A stretch of DNA of 64,000 bases from Malacoraja senta (Eukaryota): assembly GCA_038087875.1 (NCBI GenBank), contig JAXLNO010000324.1, positions 1 through 64,000 on the forward strand. Direction: 5' to 3'. Positions 49,691 to 62,325 of this stretch are shown one piece after another. The position numbers and the translations under genes are program-made. Positions within the stretch are counted from its first letter, which is position 1. Every line of letters starts with the position of its first letter. The notes under the pieces are model-generated. The model saw only the letters and a program-made list of their open reading frames with translations. It was not told the origin of the DNA and did not search any database.

Positions 49691-50145
49691 GATTCCAGTA
49701 AATGTAATGGAGATAACTGTAATTGGGCTTGGCCCATTTCCCTATGAAGGAAATCCAAGTCATTATGCCAGATGAGTGAAAATCTTAGCAGTGATTAGTT
49801 GCATCTTATTCTCAGGGGCACAAAACAACCTCAGCCATGCCAGGTTCCCCGAGGAGCTTAGACCTTGTTTTATTGTAGCAGTGAGCGACAGGAAACTCAG
49901 TCTCATGGTTGCTCCTCACTCATTCAGTTGCCACCACCTTACCTGCAAGGCATCTGCAGGAATTCTATTGTGATATACTCCCTGCTCAGCATTGGTTTGG
50001 GAGAATGTTAACAGCCAAGCCTGGGATGGGCAACTCACACCCTACACTCCAGACCCCGCTTGAGAGCCGAACCTCAGGGGATCTGAGGAACCAGTATATA
50101 TGGTAGAGGATAGACACAAAATGCTAGACCCTTCTTCAGTTTTCA

Positions 50146-50177
50146 GTCTGAAGAAGGGACTCGACCCGAAACGTCAC
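50146..50177 (+). ncRNA. Minimal hammerhead motif in PLE-derived repeat (50111-50260)
   Basis: gt-CTGAAGA-A-GGG-ACTCGA-CCC-GAAA-CGTC-ac. Confidence 0.7.
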
Positions 50178-50494
50178 CCATTCCTTCTCTCCAGAGATGC
50201 TGCCTGTCCCGCTGAGTCTATCTTCAGTTTAAACCAGCATCTGCAGTTCCTTCCTGCACATTTTATCTAGTAGAGGACTCACTGATCATCAATGCCATTC
50301 AATGGCAGAAGTAATCCCTCTTGGTTGCAAGTGTCTTGCACTGAGCATGTCTCTTAACGCCCGAGGTGACTGGTCTCACCTCAGCAAACTGTATCCAGGG
50401 ACATGCATGAAGGAACAGGGTTTTCCCAATGGTGCATGTGTGAAGGTTGGGTTAGTGGCTCCACCTACAGGAAATAATTCATCAGGGAAATTGT

Positions 50495-51080
50495 ATTTTT
50501 AAAATCAAAATATACTTTTTTCATAATATATACAGTAAATGAATTCAGTAGATGTCTTCCTCCACACTTATACCTTCAATTCAATGCATCAAGCCACCTT
50601 TCCTCCTTAAACAATACATTTGTGAAGTGTTGGAGAGGGTGCTACAAAGAGTCCATCCCCTGAATATCCAAGTACAGCAAGACACTAGACTAGGTCCTTC
50701 TCCATGGACGTTTGTATTGGCTGTACCAAGCAAGCTTCAGCACATGCCTCAACATGTGCCCCTGTCAGTTAGCAGCATTCACTTGCAAACCACCTTAAAT
50801 TGGAAGACCGACTGGGCATTCCTTTCACTGAGTCAATGATCTTCAAGAAGCAGTTTGTGTCAATGCACATACTTGGGAATAGCCTGTAGATCAGAGTTGT
50901 TTGTTATGCTTCTGGCCAGGGTAAAACCTCAACAAGGATTCTTGCATCCTTTTCCAGGCATTCTTGGCAAATGCAGAGACCACAAGGAGACAGACAGTTG
51001 GCTCATCAGCACCACAGCCATCTTGATGGCAGCAGGATTCTGCCAAGGATGGCTCCTCTCAAGGCCAGTCACATAGTCTT
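50495..51080 (-). mobile_element. Tx1/L1-clade 3' fragment, degenerate
   Basis: Minus strand KIIDSVK-like and Cys/His remnants; A-rich 3' end at ~50500. Confidence 0.45.
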
Positions 51081-51249
51081 AATGCTTGTTTGGAATTCAT
51101 TAGGGAGTGATATATCAGACGACCTGCGTAGAAGTTAATTTTGTGAGGACTACAGTTTGCGTAAATTTATTTTCTGCTAAAGGTTGAGGATCCATATTGC
51201 ACTCACACACGTTGTCACCACTAACGTTTAGCAACTTTTATGGAGCAAA

Positions 51250-51790
51250 ATATCCCTGGAAGTTACACAAGAGGTTTGACAAACAAACACAACGAAGGAG
51301 ATATAATAACAAATGACCAAATGCTTAGTAGAAGAAATAGATTATATAGAATATTTTACCGTTTTTTAGAGAGGGAAAGTATTTTAGAGAATACCTTTCA
51401 GAGTTTAGGAGCTTGGCAGCAAAACCAAGAATGTTTTGGATGCTATAATTGGGGAAATGCCAATATTTTAGGGTGTTGTCAGACTGTTGATTAGAGTAAG
51501 GGAAGGATGAGACTATGCAAGGATTTGAAAAACAAAGATGATAATTTTAACATCAAGTTATTTAATCAGAAATTATCACAGTTTACCCATCACGGGTAAA
51601 TGTATTCACAGAGTGGGTTAGGCAGCAGATTCTAGCATGGCCACATGTTTAGAGCCACGGCCGATGCTGATCAGGAGTTCTTTACAATTGTAAAGTCTTA
51701 AAGTAAGAAAAGTGTGGGTCAGAGCTTCAACACAGTAGACCCCAATCATCGATGCAGTTAGATCATGTTGAAGAGATAGAAATGGTCTCC
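51250..51790 (-). mobile_element. Old L2-like remnant
   Basis: ttcagagtttaggagcttggcagc; ggatttgaaaaacaaagatgataattttaa. Confidence 0.45.
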
Positions 51791-52222
51791 AGACCCAATC
51801 GGAAATGCTGGAAATTATTGCAGATTACTTTGCTGTCGATGATAGGAAGACATTGATAAACAAGCATGAGGTTGTAAAATCAAAAGGATTACATTTGGAA
51901 TTTTTATTGCTGACTACAAAGCCACCCCACGAAGCATTAATCTGTAACTAATATTTTCCTACATTAGGGGCCTCAGTATGCTTGAAGGCCTGTTGACATG
52001 TAATTCATCACAGAATAAGCAATGAAATAGGTTAAACCAGTGGTGGTCCCAGCCTTGTTGATCTCCCAAGTTGAATGCAGCTCAATTACTTTTCTCACTC
52101 GGCTTGTAAGCGGCAGGCAGCTGCTTCTATGATAGAAGGCAAATGAATAGCTAATAGTAGATTGGCTCTTATTATTCCACTCGCTTAACACTGTTCTTTG
52201 TGCCACATCTTGGTGCAATGTG

Positions 52223-52237
52223 GTTACCATCGGCAAC
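52223..52237. promoter_or_regulatory. RFX X-box consensus match
   Basis: GTTACC-ATC-GGCAAC fits GTNRCC(N0-3)RGYAAC within unique sequence. Confidence 0.35.
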
Positions 52238-52949
52238 TCCTATCCTCGCTCTGCTATTCTATTTGGGTGTCACAAGACCATTGAAAAAGGGGGCTGTGGA
52301 ATGTGTGCCTGGGGACAATCCAACCTGATGATAATGTGGAAAACAGCACTTAAACAATGCCTTTCACGGAAGAAAACTTCCGAAAACAATTTGAAGGAGG
52401 GTTATTGAACAACATTTGACATTGAACATTGACATTTGACATCTTCTAAGGAATCTCATTAGAGGTAGGTTTTTAAGAAATATTATTAAAGCAGAAGGAA
52501 AGCTGAAGGGGTTAATGGAATGAACTATGCAGCTTAGGGATCTTTATTACGGAAGGGAAGACTGCCAATGGACATAGGCGGAGGTGGGAAAGGTGTTCAG
52601 CAGCACCAACAACTCAACTTTGATCCAGGCCTTCAGCACGATCTGTGTGGAGTGTGCATGTTCTCCCTGTGAGTTCATAGATTTTCCCAGCTGCTTCACT
52701 TTCCTTCCACATCCCAGAGGGTGGGTTCATGGGCTCAAGGGTACTGAGTAGGAGGAAAATCAAGTAAAGATCATTGAGCATTTTAAAGAAAATACATTAC
52801 AGAAATGAGATTGTTGGGGTTGCTCTGACAGCTGACATGGATTAGAAGGGCTGAATGGCCACTGAGTCATTAGGGAATATGACATTAATTCAACGTGAGA
52901 ACGGAAACAGCAGCAGAGTGGCTTAGTGACCTGACTACGATTGCTGTCA

Positions 52950-53150
52950 GTACGAAATTTGTATCTTCGTCCTGTGACCACGTGCTTCGGTTTCCTCCCA
53001 TTTCCCAAAGACGTGGAGGTTTATAGGTAATTGGCCTCTGCAAATTGTTCCTAGTGCGTAGGATAGAACTAGTGTACGGGTGATCGTTGGTCGGTGTGGG
53101 CTAAGTGGGCTGACGGGCCAGTTTCCATGCTGTATCTCTAAGCTAAACAA
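52950..53150 (+). mobile_element. V-SINE 3' part
   Basis: tttcctccca...cccaaagacgtg...gtttccatgctgtatctcta. Confidence 0.8.
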
Positions 53151-54159
53151 AAGGAAGAGTACAAAAAAGCAGAGTACATCAACTGAATATCAGCTTATTT
53201 GACAACCAAACAATTTGGAAATGAGGTTCCATCTGATTTTAGAATAATCTCAATCAATTTTCCCCAGAAAAGAACAGGAAAAGTCTGATCCCATTAGGAA
53301 CGGAAGGAGTGAACGTCACTCCCACATTTGTGGGAGGTTGTAGCACATTGTAGTACAGGTTATCCCCCTCCCACTGAGAATTGAAAGGGTTGGTTCCTCT
53401 TAGAACTCTTTTAGCATCCACTTCACGCTGCAAATTGAATCCCACTTGCAGTAACATTGAAAGGGTTAATCTGACACTGTCGAGGCAGTAGACAGTAGTA
53501 TTTGTGGAGATACTGAGATTCCACACGACAGATTGTCACTCAGTCTAATTCACTGTGTTTTCCATGCCTGTTTGAAAGCAAGATCGACATCCTGAGGAAG
53601 TGACAACTGGTATTAGCTTTTCTAATTGTATGGCTCTCAGAAATGGCAGGGAAAGGTAGACCTATTCCTCGTTCATTTACAATTTATTGTTTAAATTAAA
53701 TGTATTTTTTGCGCAACAGCTTGATCTTTGTTATTCTTTTTCCGATGTATAATTTAAAATGCAGTATTAGCTTGGTAATGTGTTTTTATGAGGAATATGC
53801 AATAATGTAATTAAATCTAGAATTACAAAGCATGCATGAAGAAGTGACTGCATGAAACTATGGTTATGGAAGACCTTTAACCTCAAATTGAAATGTGTTT
53901 ACTTTAAATACATTTCCACACACCGTTAAATGTTTCCTCTATTATCTTCACTCTCCTCCAAGGGTGCTCCTTACACTGTGGTATTGATGTGTTTGTATCT
54001 TAGAACATGGAACAGCACAGCACAGGAACAGGCCTTTTGGCTCACAATGTCTGCACCGAATGCTTGTACAATTATTGTACAATTACGTCCCTTTCAGTTC
54101 TGGTATCCAGCTTTTGTGTTAGGTTCACAGTGGTGTGGTTGGTTCTTATATCTTTTCAG

Positions 54160-55530
54160 ATCTCATAAGTTCTAGGTGCAGAATTAGGCCATTCAGCCCA
54201 TCAAGTCATATAGTCATAGAGTGACATAGCGTGGAAACAGGCCCTTCAGCCCAACTTGCCCACACCGGCCAAAATGTTTCAGCTATACTAGTCCCACCTG
54301 CCCACGTTTGGTCCATACCCACCAAACCTGTCCTATCCATGTACCTGTCTAACTGTTTCTTAAACGTTGGGATAGTCCCAGCCTTAACTACCTCCTCTTG
54401 CACCTTGTTCCATACATCCACCAACTTTGTGTCGAAATGTTGCCCCTCAGATTCCTATTAAATCTATGTCCCCTGGTCCTCAATTCACCTACTCAAGGCA
54501 AGAGACTGTGGATCTATCCGATCTATTCCTCTCAAGATTTTATACACCACTCATCCTCCTGCACTCCAAGGATTTTATAAGATCACCACTCATCCTCCTG
54601 CACTCCAAGGATTAGAGTCCCAGCCTACTCAACCTCTCCCTATAGACCCTCAGACCCTCTAGTCCTGCAACATCCTTGTAAATCTTCTCTGTACCCTTTC
54701 CAGCTTGACAACATCTTTCCTATAACACGGTGCCCAGAACTGAACACAATACTCTAACTGTGGCCTCACCAATGTTTTATATAACTACAACATGACCTCC
54801 TAACTTCTATACTCAATACTCTGACTAATGAAGGCCAATGTGTCAAAAGCCTTTTTGCCCACCCTATCTACCTGTACCTGCACTCTTGGATCCCTCTGAT
54901 CTACAACACTCCCCCAGAGCCCTACCATTCACTATTTAGGTCCTGCCCATGTTAGACTTCCCAAAATGTAACACCTCACATTTCTCTGTATTAAATTCCA
55001 TCAACCATTCCTCAGCCCACCTGGCCAATTGATCAAAATCCAAGATCGATCAAGTCTACTCCTCCATTCAGTCATGACGGATCTATCTATCCTTCCCCTT
55101 CAACCACATTCTCCTGCCTTTGCCCCCATAACTCCTGACACCACTACTAATCAAGAATCTGTCAATCTCTGCTTTAAAATATCCATTCACTTGGCCTCCA
55201 CAGCCTTCTGTGGCAATGAATTCCACAGATTCACCATACTAAGGAAATTAGTATGTCCTAAGGTATGTCCTTTTATTCTGAGGCTGTAGCCTCTGGCCCT
55301 GGACTCTCCCACTAGGGAAACATCCTCTCCACATTCACTCTATCCAGGCATTTCACTATTTGATAAGTTTCAATGAGGCCCCCTCCCCTCATCCTTCTAA
55401 ACTCCAGTGAGTTCAGGCCCAGTGCTTTCAAACGCTCATCACATGTTAACCCAATCATTCCTGGGATCAATCTTGTAAACTTCCTCTGGACCCTGTCCAA
55501 CGCCAGCACACCCTTCCTCAGATATGGGGC
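54160..55530 (-). mobile_element. CR1-like LINE 3' region interrupted by a second CR1 subfamily (54208-55048)
   Basis: ORF 55312-55560 (VQRKFTRLIPGM...); nested copy flanked by atcaagtc duplication (54200-54207/55049-55056). Confidence 0.85.
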
Positions 55531-55764
55531 CCATCTGGATGGGGGAGCGGGGAATTTCATTTATCTGATAACTACCACACCTCTAAGCTGCCAATATAAA
55601 GCTCCAATATTTAATGCATTCTGGACTCTGCATTTTCCACAATCTAGGAGTTCAGATTTGAATATTTTTGTTCTTTCTCCTCCACTTTCTCAGTCTGCTT
55701 TTATTTTTGAATTGCACGTTGTTTCTCAGTGTTTGAGCTTGCCGCTAAACGTGCACATGTAGTC

Positions 55765-56905
55765 ATAGAAACATGGAAACATAGAAAATAGGTGCAGGAG
55801 TAGGCCATTCAATATGATCATGGCTGATCATCCAACTCAGTATCCTGTACCTGCCTTCTCTCCAAAGCCCCTGATCCCTTTAGCCACAAGGGCCACATCT
55901 AACTCCCTCTTAAATATAGCCAATGAACTGGCCTCTACTACCTTCTGTGACAGAGAATTCCAGAGATTCACCACTCTCTGTGTGAAAAATGTTTTTCTCA
56001 TCTCGGTCCTAAAAGATTTCCCCCTTATCCTTAAACTGTGACCCCTTGTCCTGGACTTCCCCAACATCGGGAACAATCTTCCTGCATCTAGCCTGTCCAA
56101 CCCCTTAAGAATTTTGTAAGTTTCTATAAGATCCCCCCTCAATCTTCTAAATTCTAGCGCGTATAAGCCAAGTCTATCCAGTCTTTCTTCATATGAAAGT
56201 CCTGACATCCCAGGAATCAGTCTGGTGAATCTTCTCTGTACTCCCTCTATGGCAAGAATGTCTTTCCTCAGATTTTCAGACCAAAACTGTACGTAATACT
56301 CCAGATGTGGTCTCACCAAGTCCCTGTACAACAGCAGTAGAACCTCCCTGCTCCTATACTCAAATCCTTTTGCTATGAATGCTAACATACCATTCGCTTT
56401 CTTCACTGCCTGCTGCACCTGCATGCCTACTTTCAATGAATGGTGTACCATGACACCCAGGTCTCGTTGCATCTCCCCTTTTCCTAATCGGCCACCATTC
56501 AGATAATAGTCTACTTTCCTGTTTTTGCCACCAAAGTGGATAACCTCACATTTATCCACATTATATCTGCCATGCATTTGCCCACTCACCAAGCCTATCC
56601 AAGTCACCTTGCAGCCTGCTAGCATCCTCCTCACAGCTAACACTGCCCCCCAGCTTCGTGTCATCCGCAAACTTGGAGATGTTGCATTCAATTCCCTCGT
56701 CCAAATCATTAATATATATTGTAAATAGCTGGGATCCCAGCACTGAGCCTTGTGGTACCCCACTAGTCACTGCCTGCCATTCTGAAAAGGACCCGTTTAC
56801 TCCTACTCTTTGCTTCCTGTTTGCCAGCCAGTTCTCTATCCACATCCAATACTGAACCCCCAATACCGTGTGCTTTAAGTTTGTATACTAATCTCTTATG
56901 TGGGA
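55765..56905 (-). mobile_element. Young 5'-truncated CR1 (HER1-like) LINE with RT C-terminal half
   Basis: [10 protein letters not shown]...INDLD...SKFADDTKL and VRPHLEY...VQRRFTRLIPG...RTRGHSLRI; one frameshift near 56565; (TTTCTATG)n tail. Confidence 0.95.
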
Positions 56906-57944
56906 TCTACATCCCTTATGAGGCCTTCTTTTAATTTGTTTTCCTTTCTTTTATTTCTAATACTGAACTGCATCAGTTTTTCTTTCTTTCCTAGACCATT
57001 CCAGTGGTTGGATGTTTAAGTATTTCAGCACTTTCATTGGTCTCCTTGTGGGCCTTGTGTGCTGTGGCAATATCTATAGTTTGTACTGCAGTGAACTCCA
57101 CTTTACTAATTAAAGATGTCTACATGTTTGGGTATGTGAGTTGGCCACTATCCTCAGTCTACATTATCAGCTGTGCTCTCAAGTCCTGGAATTAAGTCAT
57201 CAATGGTTATCCATGTTTCCTTTTGCCTCAGGCTTTGGAATTCGTGTCTATAGATTGAATGATTTAATCACAGACTGAAATATGTTTTTTCATTTTTATA
57301 TGGATTTTAAATTTTGTCCTCAATGTTTTCCAAAATGCTGAAAATATCTTATGCTTTCTGAAAATCTCCTTTTCCAAAACGATATTACTGACCTTATTCA
57401 TGCCTTTTGGAACACGACTGAGTGTTGGCTTTTTTCTAAAGATTTTTCCTATGCCTCCATAACATCAGCGGCCACTGAATCCATTGTGTATTGTCATCGT
57501 GAGCCATTTCACATACACAGACAAAGTTGATTTATTGTTTAATTCAGCATTCATGTGGCACATTTTACAGAGGTTTTTATTGCTTATATGCATTTAACTG
57601 CCACCACCGTTAGTCTTCTTTATTTTCCAGGTGCAATTTGTAAATTATGCTTCCAGGTAATATTGCTTCCTACTCAGTCCGGCACCAACAAAGTAAATGA
57701 TTTCAGTGGTGCCCCTGGAATTGCCTCACCAAATGACAATCTCTTGAGAGGAATGTGTTCAGCCATGGGCATGTGGGGTGGGACATAGTGGGCATGATTC
57801 AATGTAACCCAATTATGATGTCAACAAAAGTTAATGGCCCTCCATCATCTGACAGCGCATGTACAGTCTTGATTGGAAGACTTTTCATTATATATAAATA
57901 GTGTTGTACCTTTAATTGTAAAGTTACCCAACATTCCTTTACTT

Positions 57945-58361
57945 CAGAGGTCGGCAACCTTCACGTGTACACATGGGTCCTGCCCCCATCCCGCCCCAGA
58001 TGGCAGGCATCAAATCACATGTTCACAGAAGGTAGACAAAAATGCTGAGGAAACTCAGCGGGTGAGGCATCCTCATGCAATCCTTGCATGTCTCACCCAC
58101 TGAGTTTCTCCAGCATTTTTGTCTACATTCGATTTTTCCAGCATCTGCAGTTCTTTCTTAAACGTGTTCACAGAAGGTGCGCAGCCGTGCCGGCAGCTTT
58201 GCGCAGGATGTGGTACAGCTAGAGCTCAGCCGCGCGCTCGGCCGTGTTCGGGGGGGGTGCTCGGCTGCGCTCAGGGCGGGCACTCGGCAGGCTGGGATGA
58301 TTATGGGGGAAAAATCCGCCTGCGGGCCGGATGATTTCCGTGGACATTTTCCTCCCACCTG
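57945..58361. mobile_element. hAT/Charlie-like MITE remnant with nested PLE repeat
   Basis: cagaggtcggcaacct start; gcgggccgga subterminal motif near right end; no clear duplication. Confidence 0.45.
58034..58164. mobile_element. PLE-derived inverted repeat
   Basis: 14 bp duplication tgttcacagaaggt (58020-58033/58165-58178). Confidence 0.8.
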
Positions 58362-60019
58362 ACTCCATCCACCAATGTATCCTTCTCACCAGGTGCATGA
58401 TTACTAACACTTTCCTCTAATCTTACGCTATCTAACATTTTTCTCAGCTGCATTTAGACCATATTTCCTCCTGATTTTTGTGCCTTAAAGGGATTTTTAA
58501 TTGTTGTAGACTCCTCTCTATTTCCACTGCTGTCTATGCTTGCATCCTATTTCCCTCTCATTTGACCTCATGTCCTTTTTAGCTGCTTATCAATTAGGCT
58601 GTTCTCCCATTCGGAGCCCTTCCTAATTCTGATCAAAAATGTCATCCACATTACACCAGAATTTCAAAGCATTTCCTTTCACCTTGGCATTGGTACCAAT
58701 CGAATCCATTAGCATCAGACCTGAGTGGGAATGAAATTAAAGAGCAGGAATATCATCAACAAATAGAAATCTCCTATATAAAAATGCTGCACATTCATTT
58801 GCTATTTAAGCAGCTGAGATCAGTTAATTCAACACTGATTGAAGACTGTCCTGGGAGTCTCTGGGATTAGGCTGTCAACCATGAAGAAAAGGTACCAGAA
58901 ATAGGGAATGTTTAATACAAAGTTCGGGGGAACAGCCAAGGATTTAGTTCCATTTAACAAATTTGAATGAATTATTTAAATAGCACTTAAATTACCAATT
59001 TGCGCCCGCCATATAAATGGAATCATTTGCGCCAGCACTTAGTGTATTAGAAATTATACTATCCAACGGGCAATGTAATAGAAAATGCTGTATGCAGTAT
59101 ATTATGTGTTACGCTTAAAGCTGCACATAAAACTGGGGATATATATTGATTTGTAATGTATTGTACATGTGCATTTTCTGTGGCAATGCTCAAGGAGAGA
59201 GTTTTGATGGAAGAGCAAGATGAAAACTTCAGCAAAGAGTTTGCAATCGCACAACTTTTTATCCAAGGTTAACTATTATAAACTTGAATGGTGTGTTCTG
59301 ACCTGCCGTGTGGATTCTCTATGAACAGTTAGGAAGCAAGACTCTTAATTGAGTGTGAATTTATATAATTTAATTTGATATATACGATGGTTTAATTGTT
59401 TCCCCCATTTTTTTCTGATGTGAACATTAAATAGGTACTTACTTTGGGTTATTGTTCAGTATGAATAGCTATATTATTTATTCATTACATGGTAGCAGGT
59501 ATGCCCCTATTCTATTGTTTTTAGCTTGCTTAAGTTGAAACATGATTAGAGACACGGAGCATGGAAAAGACCAGTGCTGACACATCTCGATTAATCCCCA
59601 TCTTCCAGAACTTTGCCCAAAGCCTTCCATACCTCGGTGGTTCAAATGTTCATCAAGATACCTCATAATGTTATCAACAACTCGGCATCCACTACTCTCT
59701 CAGGCAATCTATTCCAGGTACTCATCATTCTCTGGGTGAGAAAGGTTACCATTTGAACATAGAACATTGAACAGTACAGGACAGGAACAAGCCTTTCAGT
59801 GCATGATGTCTTTGTTGACCATGATGCCACTATAAATCAAAGTGATTGAAGTTGTCATGAACAGTGCAACTGTTGACTTCTTCTCAGGTGATCTGCTCAC
59901 CATTGCCCAGTTTGGGTTTCGCCAAGACCACTTGGCTTTGGACCATTTCTTTGCAAAAGTTGGATAGGAAGGAGCACTCCTGCCTCACCTTATCACTTGG
60001 AGATGTTTATAAAATATCA

Positions 60020-60300
60020 AATTAAGGGTTTGTCATTTAAAACAAAGGTATTTAGAAATTTCTTCTCAGAGAGGGTAGTGAATCTGTATTTTTCTGAGTT
60101 ATGAAGGATGGATCATTAGAAGCATAAAAGTGTTCGTAGATATATTTTTAATGGATTGGCAGATTGAAGGAAATAAGGATCAGGTGCAGGGAGGAAGTTG
60201 AGGCAAGGATGGATCATCCATTGATCATATTGAATGGCATGGTAGGCTTGAGAGCTCAGTTGATGTACTCTTTCTTGCTCATATTTTCTTGTGCCCTTGC
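60020..60300 (+). mobile_element. Old CR1-like 3' tail
   Basis: agaaatttcttctcagagagggtagtgaatctg; tgatcatattgaatggc. Confidence 0.6.
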
Positions 60301-61277
60301 ATTATAAACTTTAGACATCTACTAATTAAAGGGTGTAACACATGCAGATGTGCTTCAATCATTTATTATGTTCAGGGAATCCCAGCTTATTGAAAATAAG
60401 GCTATGGCATCTGAGGTTTGTTTGCTAATGAAGGCTCTGAAAGGAGCTCGCACGAGTTTACTAATCACATCAGATCAACAGTTTTATGCATCTCTAATGC
60501 AATTTTCCTCACTAACTGGATTAAAGTCATTACACAATAGATAAGCCCTCGTATAGACCACAGCCTAATGAGCCTGTTTGCCTCAGGTTGGTTCCAGTAG
60601 AAGAACAAAGGGCAGGTTGGCATTAGCTGCATAAATCATTTGTTGTGTCTCCTCTGAACATTCAATTGCTGACAGAGAATAGAATTCTTCAAAATAACCA
60701 GAATTTAAATGTTGTCTTTCTTCCTCAGACACCCAGCAGAATCTTTACAATACCATGTTATACAGTTTTAAAATCTGATTTGGCATGACATAAGCAAACT
60801 ATTTTTTAACAAGACTAAGGTCTTTAAAATTAGTGGCAGATTCTGGAAATCAGTGTGGCGCCTGAAAATGTAGTTAACCACATTCTTACTGACTTTCATA
60901 TCTTCCTCATGATCAGAATTTATAATTGTTTTAATCGCAAACATACAGAAGGCTGATAGGTTTTAGTACCAAAAGTCTACAATCCATTCCAACTGGGATG
61001 AGCTCAGAAAATACGAGCTATTGCTGGGAGAGGGCAGCCATGTAGGTGAATAAATGAACATTGTTGGTGACTGTACTTCAGGGATTCGTTTGCTTTGTGT
61101 AATATTGTCCAAATTCTCAACTCATTTTGCAGTCTGTCAGATCTTGAATTATACTTTGAGCCGCTTGAACCCATGACTGATGTGGTAAATGGCAGAACCT
61201 GATGGTTATCTGTCTTTGAAGACTACCTTGCAGGGAGCTAAGATTGCACCAGGGCCTCCTCCATGGCCAGAGTGTGT

Positions 61278-61597
61278 CCCACCGTAAATTGGAGGAGCAG
61301 CACCTCTTATTTCTCTTGGTAGTTTACACCCCAGCGATATGAACATTGACCTCCAATTTCAGGTAGTCCTTGCTTTCTCCCTCCTTCCCCTCCCCTTCCC
61401 AGCTCTCCCACAGCCTATTGTCTCTGCCTCTGCCTTTCTTTTTCCCGTCCCCCCCTCCCCCGACATCAGTCTGAAGAAGGGTCTCGACCCGAAACCTCTT
61501 CTATTCCTTCGCTCCATAGATGCTGCCTCACCCGCTGAGTTTCTCCAGCATTTTTGTCTAACTTCGATTTTTCCAGCATCTGCAGTTCTTACTTAAA
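61278..61597 (+). mobile_element. Penelope-like 3' end: GIY-YIG C-terminus plus pLTR with hammerhead motif (61469-61500)
   Basis: RKLEEQHLLF.LGSLHPS.MNID...FR*, pyrimidine tract, then ctgaagaagggtctcgacccgaaac and the standard tail. Confidence 0.85.
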
Positions 61598-61849
61598 TAT
61601 CTGTTCTGAGAAGGTAAGTGTGTGGGAGATGAAGTGCAGAAGAATTAATTCAGTGGGTCTCTCATCACAGAAAGCATTACCTGTGATGCTCACTCTCACA
61701 AATGATGCGATCCCTTTCAGTCTAATATTGTCAGGAAACTGGGAAGGAAGTGTATCTTAGACACAACACAGAGGAATGGATAAATTCTGGAGCATTCTTC
61801 TCTATCAATTGCGAGGTGTGGGACATCAGTTTTTAGATTATGTTATTGA

Positions 61850-62325
61850 GGTAGTGCAGCGAAGGTTCACCAGGTTAATTTCCGGAATGGCGGGACTGAC
61901 ATATAATGGGCTTATATTCACTGGAATTTAGAAGGATGAGAGGGTGTCATAGAAATATATAAAATTCTTAAGGGATTGGACAGACTGGATGCAGGGAAAA
62001 TGTCCCCCATGTTGGGGGAGTCCAGAAGCAGAGGTCACAGTCTAAGAATAAGGGGTAGGCCATTTAGGACTGAGATGAGGAAAAACTTTTTCAGCCAGAG
62101 AGTTGTGAATCTGTGGAATTCTCAGCCACAGAAGGCAGTGGAGGCCAATTCACTGGATGTATTCAAGAGAGAGTTAGATATAGCTCTTAGGGTTAAAGGA
62201 ATCAAGGGATATGGGGAGAAAGCAAGAACAGGGTACTGATTCTGGATGATCAGCCATGATCATATTGATTGGCGGTGCTGACTCGAAGGGCCGAATGACC
62301 TACTCCTGCACCTATTTTCTATGCA
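61850..62325 (+). mobile_element. CR1 (HER1-like) LINE 3' fragment
   Basis: SRSRGHSLRIRGRPFRTEMRKNFFSQRVVNLWNS; cctactcctgcacctattttctatg tail. Confidence 0.9.

Noticed and set aside
55837..56763. 308 aa ORF as a host gene
   Set aside because: It is CR1 ORF2 sequence; its N-terminus is out of frame relative to the RT.
27437..61597. Dispersed palindromic ~30 bp repeats as CRISPR repeats or terminators
   Set aside because: Eukaryotic context, not arrayed with spacers; explained as PLE pLTR hammerhead motifs.
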